A DNA stretch of 25,370 bases from a virus (lineage: Duplodnaviria; Caudoviricetes). A program made the position numbers and the translations under genes. Below the pieces are notes generated by a model, which had not been told where the DNA came from, did not search any database, and saw only the letters and a list, made by a program, of their open reading frames with translations. Shown here piece after piece: positions 25,155 to 25,370 of the stretch (its first letter is position 1; the number at the start of each line of letters is the position of its first letter). The stretch is taken from positions 1 through 25,370 of the IMG/VR virus record IMGVR_UViG_3300044675_001822; one strand, given 5' to 3'.

Positions 25155-25370
25155 TGATTAGTTTGTTTTCTCTTTTATAAAATAATGGGTTAGTGATCCA
25201 ACTTTCTGCCACGTTTAGTCCGTGTATCACAGTAGAGTGGTCTCTCCCACCTAGTATTCGGCCGATCTCCTTTAAGTTTAGTTTCATGTCGTATCTAACT
25301 AGATACATAAATAAAAACCTAGCAGCGACATACTCTTCTCTCCTGATTGGTGTGTTAAACACATCAAAGT
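25108..25370 (-). CDS. DnaA domain IV (C-terminal HTH)-like protein, 5'-truncated
   Basis: RREEYVAARFLFMYL...LKEIGRILGGRDHSTVIHG is the DnaA signature; frame is open to the window edge. Confidence 0.85.
   Translation of the reverse strand, partial: FDVFNTPIRREEYVAARFLFMYLVRYDMKLNLKEIGRILGGRDHSTVIHGLNVAESWITNPLFYKRENKLINDTTRHLERSAETQG

Noticed and set aside
1-25370. Alternative genetic code (stop-codon reassignment)
   Set aside because: Genes tile densely under the standard code; TAG, TGA and TAA all end genes at sensible positions.

Overview
Fragment of a tailed dsDNA phage genome, most likely infecting Bacteroidota (TAnnTTTG promoters, A-rich starts without Shine-Dalgarno). Left arm (+ strand, 1-12374): a GNAT-like gene, two probable ejection/internal virion proteins and a 3313-aa 'polyvalent' protein. 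That protein carries, in order, a GNAT domain, a degenerate zincin-like domain, an HhH-glycosylase-like domain, two ADP-ribosyltransferase-like domains and an SH3/KOW-like domain. The middle cassettes are delimited by a recurring V-x-[ST]-R-x-Q linker. Right arm (- strand, 12371-25370): replication, recombination and nucleotide genes (DnaA-domain-IV-like protein, GH73 hydrolase, DUF3310, Sak-like annealase, RecE-like exonuclease, SSB-like protein, iteron-type origin candidate, primase-helicase, SF2 helicase, NUMOD4-HNH, VRR-NUC, MazG-like protein, class II RNR, metallophosphoesterase). Signals missing from the ORF track: a 45-aa 'MPFKSK' gene overprinted in the +1 frame of the giant gene; an A10 slippery tract near its start with both alternative frames open; a promoter-driven, distorted tRNA-like cloverleaf; a dense palindrome cluster; and a 49-aa hydrophobic gene. 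All family calls are from motif recognition by eye; no searches were run.
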